56,731 nucleotides of DNA, taken from Patescibacteria group bacterium. Its GTDB lineage: Bacteria; Patescibacteriota; Patescibacteriia; 2-01-FULL-39-33. This document shows, piece after piece, positions 7,785 through 16,046 of this stretch. The position numbers and the translations under genes are program-made. Location of the stretch: assembly GCA_038065695.1 (NCBI GenBank), contig JBBTQN010000020.1:1-56731 (forward strand), read 5' to 3'. The notes below the pieces were generated by a model. That model searched no databases and was not told the DNA's origin. It saw only the letters and a list, made by a program, of their open reading frames with translations. Within the stretch, counting starts at the first letter, position 1; every line of letters begins with the position of its first letter.

Positions 7785-8980
7785 TAAAATTTCCACGAGG
7801 CAGAAATGGAGCCGGTGAAAATGTCCGCTTCGTATTTGCCGGGAGCTCGCTTGCCCCAGCCGGGTTTGACTTCTCGGTCGCCCCAGCCGTAGGTGGCGCC
7901 GAAGTTGAAAGAGAAATTTTCTTTTTCATATTTTGCGCCCAAAGCCGCGCCCCAGCCACTGGTATCGGGAGTGAGCTGGCTTACGGTCGTGTCCGGAATG
8001 GCTTTGGTCATATAGCCAGTACCGGCGTTGACCGTCCAATAATCGTTTAACCGATAGCGCGCTCCGAGATGGATGCTCGCGTCGTCCCGCCAATCAAGAT
8101 TTTGTTTTTTCTTGAGTGGCAGGTCGTGGAAGCGAAGCGTCATCTCATTCACAGTGTTGGAGTAGCCCCACCAGTTGGCGTCTATGGCCAAAGTGAGGCG
8201 GTCGGTCGCTTGCCAAGCGATGCCGGCGCCGATTCGCGGCGGAAATGTGAACTCGCTGTCAAAGCCATCGCCGAAATTAAGCACTGTTGGCCCGATTTTA
8301 GTGAAGCCGATAAAATTGATTTTTGACTCGCTCATATAGGTGAGTCCGAGCGTCAATTTTTCTGTTGGCCGATACATTACACCGACAATGCCGCCGATTC
8401 CCCAGCCGTTGGCTTCGCTATCGGTCATGAGCGGAGTGAATTTATTTAAGATATCGTAAGGGGTTTTGTATTTGAATTGGCCCCAGCCGATATTTATTCC
8501 CGCGCCGACGCATAGCTTGTCGTTCAATTTCAGCGAGAGAGCTGGCGTGACATTGACGAGCCCGATCATCCCCTCGCTTTCCACGATTCCCGCTTTTAGG
8601 TCGCGACTGAATTTTCCGCCGAGTCCGTAGGGAGAGGTGATGCCAATTCCCCAATTCGCCCAGTCGTTAATCGGCGCGACAAATCCGAGGAGCGGCATCA
8701 GGTAAAAGACGCCATCGTCGGATTTTTGCGAGCCGCCTTTGGTGGTGATTTTAAATTTAGGCAAGACCAAGTCAACGCCGAAATCCGCGTAAGCCGAATC
8801 AAACCGCGACATCCCCGCCGGGTTGTAGTAGAAGAGCGACGCGTCATCCGCGATGGCGTTGTAGGCACCGCACATTGAGCCGGCATTGGGACCGAGCGAA
8901 TTATCAATCCGATTAACCCCGCCAGCCGTTGCCGGCAGGCAAAAAGCGCCAGCGATTAAAATTGAAAGAACGGTTCTCAT
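7784..8980 (-). CDS. FadL/OmpP1/TodX-like outer-membrane beta-barrel transporter
   Basis: Signal peptide MRTVLSILIAGAFCLPATAGG. It has an NPAGM motif near the N-terminus, alternating beta-strand patterning, many Gly and aromatic residues, and a C-terminal ...SASWKF with terminal Phe. Confidence 0.7.
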   Translation of the reverse strand: MRTVLSILIAGAFCLPATAGGVNRIDNSLGPNAGSMCGAYNAIADDASLFYYNPAGMSRFDSAYADFGVDLVLPKFKITTKGGSQKSDDGVFYLMPLLGFVAPINDWANWGIGITSPYGLGGKFSRDLKAGIVESEGMIGLVNVTPALSLKLNDKLCVGAGINIGWGQFKYKTPYDILNKFTPLMTDSEANGWGIGGIVGVMYRPTEKLTLGLTYMSESKINFIGFTKIGPTVLNFGDGFDSEFTFPPRIGAGIAWQATDRLTLAIDANWWGYSNTVNEMTLRFHDLPLKKKQNLDWRDDASIHLGARYRLNDYWTVNAGTGYMTKAIPDTTVSQLTPDTSGWGAALGAKYEKENFSFNFGATYGWGDREVKPGWGKRAPGKYEADIFTGSISASWKF

Positions 8981-9039
8981 CTTTTTTCCTCCTTTTCCTC
9001 CTTTTTTTTGCCAAAAACCACTAATTTCAAGAACTTATT

Positions 9040-9068
9040 ATTTTAGAGTATTTTTGACAAAATGTCAA
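9040..9068 (-). promoter_or_regulatory. Sigma70-like promoter for the FadL-like gene
   Basis: Read on the minus strand: TTGACA, 17 nt spacer, TAAAAT. Confidence 0.55.
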
Positions 9069-9096
9069 TTGGCAAAATTTTTTAAATAATAATATT

Positions 9097-9117
9097 CCCC
9101 GCCCCCTTGGGGCGGGG
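9097..9117. other. Perfect 9-bp all-GC hairpin between divergent promoters
   Basis: ccccgcccc ctt ggggcgggg. Confidence 0.6.
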
Positions 9118-9184
9118 TAATTCATTGTGATTAAATTTAATAAGAATGGTATAATTAAAGAAATTAAAAATGAATTAACCTTTT

Positions 9185-10408
9185 ATGCCCAAAAGAAAGG
9201 CCATTGTCAGAATTAAAATTAAAAATAGAATTATTAGTGGTGTTTTTATTTCAGTTGCTATTATTATGGTGATTGTGGGTTTGAGTTTTTCCATTCCTTT
9301 ACTTTCAAATAAATTACCGGCCTCAATTTGTATCCCCGGTTTTGGTTGCTGGTCTTTTGAATTGCCGGTCCATTGCCTGTTTGGCCGGAATCCCAATTTT
9401 CTTTGGGGTGGTATGCTTGAATCGGTTTGGGGTCTTAATACAACCGATAGTCGCTGCCAAAAAAATTATTTTGAAGATTACGGCTATCATTATAACCCAG
9501 CCATTGAAAACTGTTCCTTACCGATACATACGGCTTGGTGCGGAAAAACTGATGAAGCCAAATACTATGATTGGCTTGGCTATTGCGTTTTGGCTTCAGT
9601 CCCTTATAACAACCCGCCTTGCTCCTGTCGCGACGGTACGATGGCAATGAGCGGCACCTTAAGTTCAATTGTCAGCGGTCGGGAAGGTTTTATCAGAACC
9701 ATAGGCCAAAAAACTTATGACAGCAGCTTTCCCGCTCAATTTCCTTTAATCACTGAAGAGGAGATTAAATTGTTTCAAGGCGTGATGAGCGGCTGTTTTT
9801 GCGGCCGCGGCCGAGGGACACTGCCCCAGCCCGGTTGGAAAAAAGATTTGACCCAGGACCCGTCCCAGGCGCAAATCGTATCTTCAGTAGTCTTGACCAG
9901 TAGCGGCGGTTCGGCCGGCTTTGTCAGAAATACCGTTCGCGGCCAGTATTATTTTATCAATAAAGCCGAAACGTTATTTGCCCTAATGGGAGGAAACATT
10001 GACCCGAAGTATCTTTCATATTCAGGAGAATGTACGCCATTACCTGCTGGCTGCCAGATAACGGATAGCTATACCACCGCCGGACATACCACCCCGGCTT
10101 CAGCTCATTATTTTGGCGCGGCTTTAGATATCAGTTGCGGTGAACCGGCGGTAGCTTCCGGAAACTGCACCGGTAAGACCCTTGAAGTTCTAAATAAAGT
10201 GATGAAGTATAATAATGGCTTTAATATTTTGCGCGAATGTAATCAAACTGAAAAGAGTTGTTGGAGTATTGGCGGAACAACCCAGATAATCCACATTGAT
10301 TTGAAAACCACCCGGGATGGTAGCCCGACTGATGGGAGACCCTGTTTGTTTACTGATTGCAATGCCAGGAATCCTGAAACCGATTGCGGTCCGGCCAATA
10401 CTCCGTAA
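9185..10408 (+). CDS. Membrane-anchored Cys-rich protein with a C-terminal LAS/M15-like zinc peptidase motif set
   Basis: N-terminal TM segment and about 20 Cys. The C-terminal ITDSYTTAGHTTPASAHYFGAALDIS and QIIHIDL resemble the SxHxxGxAxD ... H motifs of M15 D,D- or L,D-carboxypeptidase-like enzymes. Confidence 0.6.
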   Translation: MPKRKAIVRIKIKNRIISGVFISVAIIMVIVGLSFSIPLLSNKLPASICIPGFGCWSFELPVHCLFGRNPNFLWGGMLESVWGLNTTDSRCQKNYFEDYGYHYNPAIENCSLPIHTAWCGKTDEAKYYDWLGYCVLASVPYNNPPCSCRDGTMAMSGTLSSIVSGREGFIRTIGQKTYDSSFPAQFPLITEEEIKLFQGVMSGCFCGRGRGTLPQPGWKKDLTQDPSQAQIVSSVVLTSSGGSAGFVRNTVRGQYYFINKAETLFALMGGNIDPKYLSYSGECTPLPAGCQITDSYTTAGHTTPASAHYFGAALDISCGEPAVASGNCTGKTLEVLNKVMKYNNGFNILRECNQTEKSCWSIGGTTQIIHIDLKTTRDGSPTDGRPCLFTDCNARNPETDCGPANTP

Positions 10409-10440
10409 TATTAAATTTAAAGTTTTATCACAAAACGAAA

Positions 10441-10475
10441 ACGACCCAGATATCAGAGACACCGGGTCGTTTGTT
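10441..10475. terminator. Possible terminator hairpin between convergent genes
   Basis: Stem acgaccc/gggtcgt with a 16-nt loop and a weak T-tract. Confidence 0.4.
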
Positions 10476-10492
10476 ATTGAGGAGTAGAGTGA

Positions 10493-11017
10493 TTAGGGAC
10501 ACGCCTTTTGTCCCATGAGAAAGACCTTGTCTTTATTGGTCCATTTTTTTGGATCTAGCCGGATCCACGGCATATTTCCGAACAATTCTTTCTCATCTTG
10601 GGTCAGTTCTCTATTGCCCCATTGGCAGGCGGCTAAGTCTTTTTTCTGCCAGTCGGTCAAATTGTTCATATTAATCTGGCAATAAGCCCAGTAAGCCCAA
10701 AGCTGAGCCTCACCTTTGACCAAGAACTCGCAGTCCCGGATTGCTGACTTGTCTACGTTGACAAAGCGGAATTTTTCGCCAACAAACTTTCTGAAGTCTG
10801 CTGACATTGCTTCGACTTGGACTCGCAGAGCTTGTTTATCATTCAACGTTGTTGAAGGTATCCGACTAGCTTCTAGGACTTCAAACGCCTGATAGACGCT
10901 TTTGAAGTAGGCAAGGGCCCGGGTCTCGGTGGGGTCGACGGCGTAATGAGATCTCGCACAGCCGTAAATGGCCGTGCACGCCGTGAAGGCAATAAATACC
11001 ATCACAATCCTTTTCAT
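10493..11017 (-). CDS. Putative lipoprotein, paralog of 1488..2036
   Basis: Signal peptide with a lipobox-like AIYGC. Conserved blocks shared with 1488..2036 are listed under that feature. Confidence 0.6.
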   Translation of the reverse strand: MKRIVMVFIAFTACTAIYGCARSHYAVDPTETRALAYFKSVYQAFEVLEASRIPSTTLNDKQALRVQVEAMSADFRKFVGEKFRFVNVDKSAIRDCEFLVKGEAQLWAYWAYCQINMNNLTDWQKKDLAACQWGNRELTQDEKELFGNMPWIRLDPKKWTNKDKVFLMGQKACP

Positions 11018-11139
11018 TGCTAATCTCCTCTAAATATCGCTCTAAATCCTAGCCACAACAGGCAACTAGGACTTTTGAGACAGTAAAATGAACATATTAT
11101 GATTATATCATATATATATAATTTTGTCAAATTTTAACC

Positions 11140-12235
11140 CAAGTTCAATGATCAAGTGCAACACTTCGTGTATAATAGCATTTCAACTATTAAACATGGA
11201 GTTATATGGGAAAACAATATAAACAGTTGGATTTAAAAGAAAGAGAGCAACTTCATCTATTAATTTGGGACAAGCTATCGATTAGGCAAATAGCTAAAAT
11301 AATGGGTAGAAGCCCCTCGACAATCAGTCGAGAAATTGAGAGGAATACTCCACCCCTGGTCAGACGTTACACGCCCCATTTAGCCCAAGAAGCATACCAT
11401 GAACGCAAAGTGAAAGTCAGACAAAGGCCTCGTCTCAAAGATCCTTTGATTGTCGCTTACTTGATTGAGAAATTGAAACTGGATTGGTCGCCCGAGTTGA
11501 TTGCCGGCAAGTGGAGCAAGGATCATCCTAATCTGCCCATTAGCCATGAAGCGATTTACCAATACATCCACGCTTCAGCCAATCCGGGCGATGAGAATGA
11601 TTTGAGACCGTATCTTAGACGAAAACACAAGAGAAGAAAAAGAAAATATATACCTTTTAAAACCGTGAGAACCACGATTCCCGAGCGAATTGGCATCGAA
11701 ATGAGGCCACTGGCCGTGGCAGACAGAAGACAATATGGCCACTGGGAAGGCGACTCCGTAGAGTCCAGGCGAGAACAGAAAACTTGTTTAAGGACTTTAG
11801 TCGAAAGAAAATCAAGATATTTATGCGCAGTTAAAATTGAACGCAAGACAGCCGAATTAGCTTCGCAAGCGACGATTGATTTATTGGGTCGATATCCAAA
11901 ATCGATGCGACGCACCTTAACTCAAGATAATGGCACAGAGAATGCCAGCCACAAAATTATTACTCAAACCATCGACACCAAATGTTATTTTGCCAATCCA
12001 TACCGTTCCTATGAACGAGGCACTAATGAACAAACCAATGGATTAATCAGGCAGTATTTTCCAAAAGGAACTGATTTCAAACAAGCTTCAATCAAAGACA
12101 TTAGAGAGGCGGAAAGAAGGCTTAACGGCCGGCCAAGAAAAGTATTAGATTTTTACACCCCATCTGAAAAGTTTTATGAACTAATCACTAACCAAAATTT
12201 AGCGTTAGAAACTTGAATCCAGCATTTTATGATTA
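11140..12235 (+). mobile_element. IS30-family insertion sequence; the ends are not confidently defined
   Basis: Contains the IS30 transposase gene. I could align only weak terminal inverted similarity (left ..tgatcaagtgc.., right ..aaacttgaatc..). Confidence 0.45.
11206..12216 (+). CDS. IS30 family transposase
   Basis: N-terminal HTH (LSIRQIAKIMGRSPSTISREIERN). DDE region with HWEGDSV ... LTQDNGTENASH ... YERGTNEQTNGLIRQYFPKG. Confidence 0.9.
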   Translation: MGKQYKQLDLKEREQLHLLIWDKLSIRQIAKIMGRSPSTISREIERNTPPLVRRYTPHLAQEAYHERKVKVRQRPRLKDPLIVAYLIEKLKLDWSPELIAGKWSKDHPNLPISHEAIYQYIHASANPGDENDLRPYLRRKHKRRKRKYIPFKTVRTTIPERIGIEMRPLAVADRRQYGHWEGDSVESRREQKTCLRTLVERKSRYLCAVKIERKTAELASQATIDLLGRYPKSMRRTLTQDNGTENASHKIITQTIDTKCYFANPYRSYERGTNEQTNGLIRQYFPKGTDFKQASIKDIREAERRLNGRPRKVLDFYTPSEKFYELITNQNLALET

Positions 12236-12269
12236 AAAAAGCCATCCGAGTGGGAGCTGAGATGGCGTG
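12234..12269 (-). terminator. GCCATCC..GGATGGC hairpin family, copy 4 (terminator of the GNAT gene)
   Basis: aaaaaaagccatccgagtgggagctgagatggcgtg. Confidence 0.65.
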
Positions 12270-12277
12270 CCCTTAAA

Positions 12278-12787
12278 CTATTTTATTTCCAGAACCATTT
12301 TCAAAGTTTTTGGCAGGTTTCTATTTTCTGGGTATTTTTTTATTACTAATTTTTTAAATCCGGATTTTTTATAGCTTCGAATAGCTCTTGCGTTATCCGG
12401 CCTGACTTCAAAATAAATTTTAGTAATACCAAGCACTGTCGCTTTCTTAATAACCGATTGGATGGCTTTCGTGCCGTAGCCCTTGCCCCAGTATTTTTTT
12501 TCGCCGATAATGATTTGGGTTTCAAACCAGCTGTTTTTTCTTTTCGCCAAAGAAATGTGGCCTATCATTTTTTTATTTAAAGCTATAATGAAATGATGGT
12601 CGTTTTTATTTCCAAGCATTGCTAAAAAATATTTTTTCACTTCTTGGTCGGACAACCGTTTAAAGACCCCGCTCGTCAATTTAAGTAGCTCTTTATTCCT
12701 CCACCATTGAGAAAAATATTTTTCGTCCGAGGTTTTAAGTTTTCTTAGAGATATTTTAGGCATAGATTTATAAGTAAATAGTAGCAT
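12278..12787 (-). CDS. GNAT family N-acetyltransferase (RimJ/RimL-like)
   Basis: Acetyl-CoA-binding-like segment WGKGYGTKAIQSVIKKA, then RPDNARAIRSYKKSGFKK. Confidence 0.85.
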   Translation of the reverse strand: MLLFTYKSMPKISLRKLKTSDEKYFSQWWRNKELLKLTSGVFKRLSDQEVKKYFLAMLGNKNDHHFIIALNKKMIGHISLAKRKNSWFETQIIIGEKKYWGKGYGTKAIQSVIKKATVLGITKIYFEVRPDNARAIRSYKKSGFKKLVIKKYPENRNLPKTLKMVLEIK

Positions 12788-12826
12788 TTTTTATGGAAAT
12801 GTAAAAAAATTTTCTAAATACGGAAT

Positions 12827-12855
12827 TTGACAAGCAGGCTATTTTATCCTAAGAT
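12827..12855 (+). promoter_or_regulatory. Sigma70-like promoter for the 12925..16874 operon
   Basis: TTGACA, 17 nt spacer, TAAGAT. A 7-bp hairpin tcagaat/attctga follows in the leader. Confidence 0.6.
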
Positions 12856-12924
12856 AGCGTTGGATTCAGAATTGTAAATTCTGACTGGAACATTGACAAT
12901 TTCATTCCAAAAGGAGAGATAGAC

Positions 12925-13464
12925 ATGCGTACTAATAGAGAAACTGCTTTCAATACTCTTGATAGTAAAGGAAGCGCAAAAGCGGATCAGATGCACCAGC
13001 TCTTTTTGGAGTTGGGCGTTGATTTCGCGTCAGGGGTGCCTTGTGGCGTATTGAGGCACATCATCAAGAATTTTGAAGATGATGCTAAAATACTCCATAT
13101 CCTGGCAAATAGTGAGTCAGAAGCCGTAGGGTTGGTTGCAGGAGCGTATCTTGCCGGTAGAACGCCCGTTATCTATATGCAAAACTCGGGCCTTTTTGCG
13201 GCCTCAAATGACATTGCATCCCTCCTAATCCCGTACGAGATTCCCATATTTTTTGTGGTATCTTACCGTGGATGCGAGGGTGAGGATGCTGTTCAACATT
13301 TGACGACTGGAGGATCAACGGAAATGTTAATAAAATCATTCGGTTTGCCATTTATGGTTTTAGAACAGCATGATCTGGATAATCTTATTAGATCAATGTT
13401 TAAAGAAATGCACAAAAGTAGACTATCGACAATTCTACTACTAAAGCGAGGATGGCAAAAATGA
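12925..13464 (+). CDS. ThDP-dependent sulfopyruvate/phosphonopyruvate decarboxylase-like, alpha subunit
   Basis: About 180 aa. The N-terminal GVDFASGVPCGVL and overall layout are typical of the split ComD/Ppd N-terminal half. It overlaps the next gene by 13 nt. Confidence 0.7.
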   Translation: MRTNRETAFNTLDSKGSAKADQMHQLFLELGVDFASGVPCGVLRHIIKNFEDDAKILHILANSESEAVGLVAGAYLAGRTPVIYMQNSGLFAASNDIASLLIPYEIPIFFVVSYRGCEGEDAVQHLTTGGSTEMLIKSFGLPFMVLEQHDLDNLIRSMFKEMHKSRLSTILLLKRGWQK

Positions 13465-14018
13465 ACAGAAAAGAAGCGATCGAGACCATAATGGCCACGA
13501 TTGACCTAAAAGATGCCGTTGTTTCTACTACGGGATTAATCTCTCGAGAAATTTTCGAGAAATTTGATTCTAATAGAAACATTTACGTTCCTGGTTCAAT
13601 GGGTCTGGCGTCATCGATTGGGTTGGGTCTGGCCATTTCGTGTCCGGACAAGAGAATTGTTGTGATTGATGGGGATTCAAGCTTACTAATGAATCTTGGC
13701 ACTATTGTGACAATAGGCAATAAACAACCCAATAATCTGCTTCATATCGTCATTGATAATAGTGCTTATGGTTCTTGCAGTGAAGAAAAATCCATGTCCG
13801 ATTCCGCTCATTTTGACAAGCTGGCGTTAGATGTCGGTTATCAATATGTGCGGGTGGTTAGTAGTCAAAAAAAATTGAAACATGCTATACTGACGTTTAG
13901 TCGAGGGCCGGGATTCATTCTGGCGAAGATTAAACTGGGCGGACGTCGAGATTTTCGTCGTCCGCTGGATCTGGCCAATGTCAAAAACAGATTCATGCTA
14001 TTTTTGCATCAAACTTAG
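13452..14018 (+). CDS. ThDP-dependent sulfopyruvate/phosphonopyruvate decarboxylase-like, beta subunit
   Basis: ThDP-binding motif IVIDGDSSLLMNLGTIVTIG...LLHIVIDNSAYGS (GDG/S ... NN-type). Confidence 0.75.
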   Translation: MAKMNRKEAIETIMATIDLKDAVVSTTGLISREIFEKFDSNRNIYVPGSMGLASSIGLGLAISCPDKRIVVIDGDSSLLMNLGTIVTIGNKQPNNLLHIVIDNSAYGSCSEEKSMSDSAHFDKLALDVGYQYVRVVSSQKKLKHAILTFSRGPGFILAKIKLGGRRDFRRPLDLANVKNRFMLFLHQT

Positions 14019-14032
14019 AAAGGAGAAAGACC

Positions 14033-14875
14033 ATGATGTTTAAAGGAAAAAATATCTTCAATGCGTCTTTTGACGTATTTGCCAACAACTATCATTCCGT
14101 TCGACCCGGATATCCCGCCCTCCTATTCGAGGATGTTAGGGATCGGTGTGGAATTGATGTCAATTCGCGTCTATTGGAAATAGGCGCGGGTAGCGGAATC
14201 GCAACCATCGAGCTGGCCAAGCTCGGTTGCCATATTGTAGCTATTGAGCCCGGCGCTCATTTAGCCACAATAGCCAGAAAACAAACTAAGAGATTTAAAA
14301 ATGTCGAAATTGTTGAAGGGACATTCGAGAATTTTCAGACAGCCGACAAGTTCGATGCTATTCTGGCTTTCACGGCTTTCCATTGGCTTAGCGAGGGCGA
14401 CAAATTTCAGCAAGTTCTTGATTTACTCAATGATTCGGGCAGTCTTATTTTGGTCTGGAATAGCTTTTTCCAGAGCGACTCGCCGGCAACCATCGACGTA
14501 AACAGGGCTTACCGCGAATGCCTGCCCGAAGTCTACCCGGAAGAGTCTATCGTCGCTGACGTCAATAAGGGTGTTTTATCAAAATTGAATCGCAGAGAAC
14601 AGGAGGCGGTTGCTAACCCCCTCTTCTATCCGGTATTTTTGAGAAAATACCTTACTGCGTATAACTACGATGAACGGACGTATCCGAAACTTCTCAACAC
14701 TTTTCCAAAAGTCGTTGAAGTTGAAAACAAGAAACGCCTGGCATTCCTTGAACGCATCTCCGAGATTGTTAAACGGCATGGAAAGATTTCCGTACCGGTC
14801 ATGACAACCCTCATTGTCTGCCAAAAAAGAAACTACCTTCTTGAGGCAGTCGCAACCCATTCCAAAGGAGCGTGA
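14033..14875 (+). CDS. Class I SAM-dependent methyltransferase
   Basis: LLEIGAGSGIATIELAKLGCHIVAIEPG. Confidence 0.85.
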   Translation: MMFKGKNIFNASFDVFANNYHSVRPGYPALLFEDVRDRCGIDVNSRLLEIGAGSGIATIELAKLGCHIVAIEPGAHLATIARKQTKRFKNVEIVEGTFENFQTADKFDAILAFTAFHWLSEGDKFQQVLDLLNDSGSLILVWNSFFQSDSPATIDVNRAYRECLPEVYPEESIVADVNKGVLSKLNRREQEAVANPLFYPVFLRKYLTAYNYDERTYPKLLNTFPKVVEVENKKRLAFLERISEIVKRHGKISVPVMTTLIVCQKRNYLLEAVATHSKGA

Positions 14876-14878
14876 GCC

Positions 14879-15970
14879 ATGTTAGACATCAATGTGATCG
14901 CACGGCTTGCAGAAAAGTATGGCGCACCTCTGGAAGATGTTTTGTTTATTGCTCTCAATACGAACGGGATTAACCTCGATTGCGACTACAACAGAATGCG
15001 GACGGCCTTTCATTTGGCTGATAGCAATCTATTTAGTTATGCAAAACAGCGAGGCGAGCTAGATTACTACTTCGCCTTGCCGGTGAATCAGGCAAGTCCA
15101 TTCACTCTGGTCGACAAAACCCTGTTTTTGCAGGATACGGTCATTGGCCAGACGATTGGGCAAACGGAAGACATTTGCGACTCCCATTATCCTCGCAGGA
15201 AAGGGACGTCGCTGAATCTTAACCCAAACTCCCGGACATCCTGTCATGGTTGTCAGTTTTGCTACACCGCATACCAGGTTCCTTATGACAGAAAGAGACT
15301 GAAAACCGCCTCCGATCTAAAGGACTTCTTCGAAGATTGGATGATCAAGTTCGGTCTGACCGATTTGTCTCATCTGATCCAGGTTTCTGTCGTCACTGGT
15401 TGTTATGAGAGCAGTGACGAAATCTGCCAGTTTCTGCGTACATTGAAAGGCGTACTCTCGGAATATAAGTTTGCTGGCAAGATTTTTTATCTCGGTTCCC
15501 AGATTACAACCAAGGAACAACTGAGTATTCTGTCCAAGATCAAGCCCTTCGGCATCTGCCTGTCGCTTGAGACTTTCGAACGACGAGAACTGTTGCGGGA
15601 CAAAAAGAGACTGATCGGTCTCCAGGATGCCTGCGAATTAATGGATCTCGCCCAGGAGTTGGGATACGAAGTCAATTTTACCTATATTGTAGGTATGGAA
15701 TCATTGCGTGTGATGGAGTATCACTTCGGCGTTCTCAAGAATCACGTCAATAAGTTTCCCACCATCAATGCTCTGCAGATGCATAAGTATCACGAGGCGA
15801 CGTTAATGGCTCCGGACGCCCACCGTCTTGAGTATTACTTGGAGGCAAGGCAACTTCTCGAACGACTTTTCGCTGAGACAAGCATGAGGCCACTGGTATG
15901 GGAAGATTACCGTAGTTTATGGTTTCTAACATTCAACAAGGAGCCGCTCTATGGAATCCGTACTCCCTAA
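14879..15970 (+). CDS. Radical-SAM-like Fe-S enzyme with a non-canonical CX2CX2C cluster motif
   Basis: SRTSCHGCQFCYTAY replaces CX3CX2C. Downstream TIM-barrel-like elements VSVVTGCYES, GICLSLETFERRELL and NFTYIVGMESL resemble radical SAM core strands. Confidence 0.55.
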   Translation: MLDINVIARLAEKYGAPLEDVLFIALNTNGINLDCDYNRMRTAFHLADSNLFSYAKQRGELDYYFALPVNQASPFTLVDKTLFLQDTVIGQTIGQTEDICDSHYPRRKGTSLNLNPNSRTSCHGCQFCYTAYQVPYDRKRLKTASDLKDFFEDWMIKFGLTDLSHLIQVSVVTGCYESSDEICQFLRTLKGVLSEYKFAGKIFYLGSQITTKEQLSILSKIKPFGICLSLETFERRELLRDKKRLIGLQDACELMDLAQELGYEVNFTYIVGMESLRVMEYHFGVLKNHVNKFPTINALQMHKYHEATLMAPDAHRLEYYLEARQLLERLFAETSMRPLVWEDYRSLWFLTFNKEPLYGIRTP

Positions 15971-15984
15971 CCATCAAATATGGG

Positions 15985-16019
15985 TTGCACTGTCTCAGCG
16001 GATAGTGCAATCCTTTTTA
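15985..16019 (+). terminator. Intra-operon terminator or attenuator hairpin
   Basis: Stem ttgcact/agtgcaa, then tccttttta. Confidence 0.5.
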
Positions 16020-16046
16020 TTTACTCGCCTTAGAAAGGAGGTGTTC

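Noticed and set aside
11140-12235. Precise IS30 terminal inverted repeats and target-site duplication
   Set aside because: I could align only a weak 6-9 nt inverted similarity by eye. The boundaries are therefore approximate and no duplication is claimed.
12925-14018. Calling the locus a phosphonate biosynthetic cluster
   Set aside because: The split ThDP decarboxylase resembles phosphonopyruvate decarboxylase, but no PEP mutase is in the window. The subunits equally resemble sulfopyruvate decarboxylase. I left it as a family-level call.
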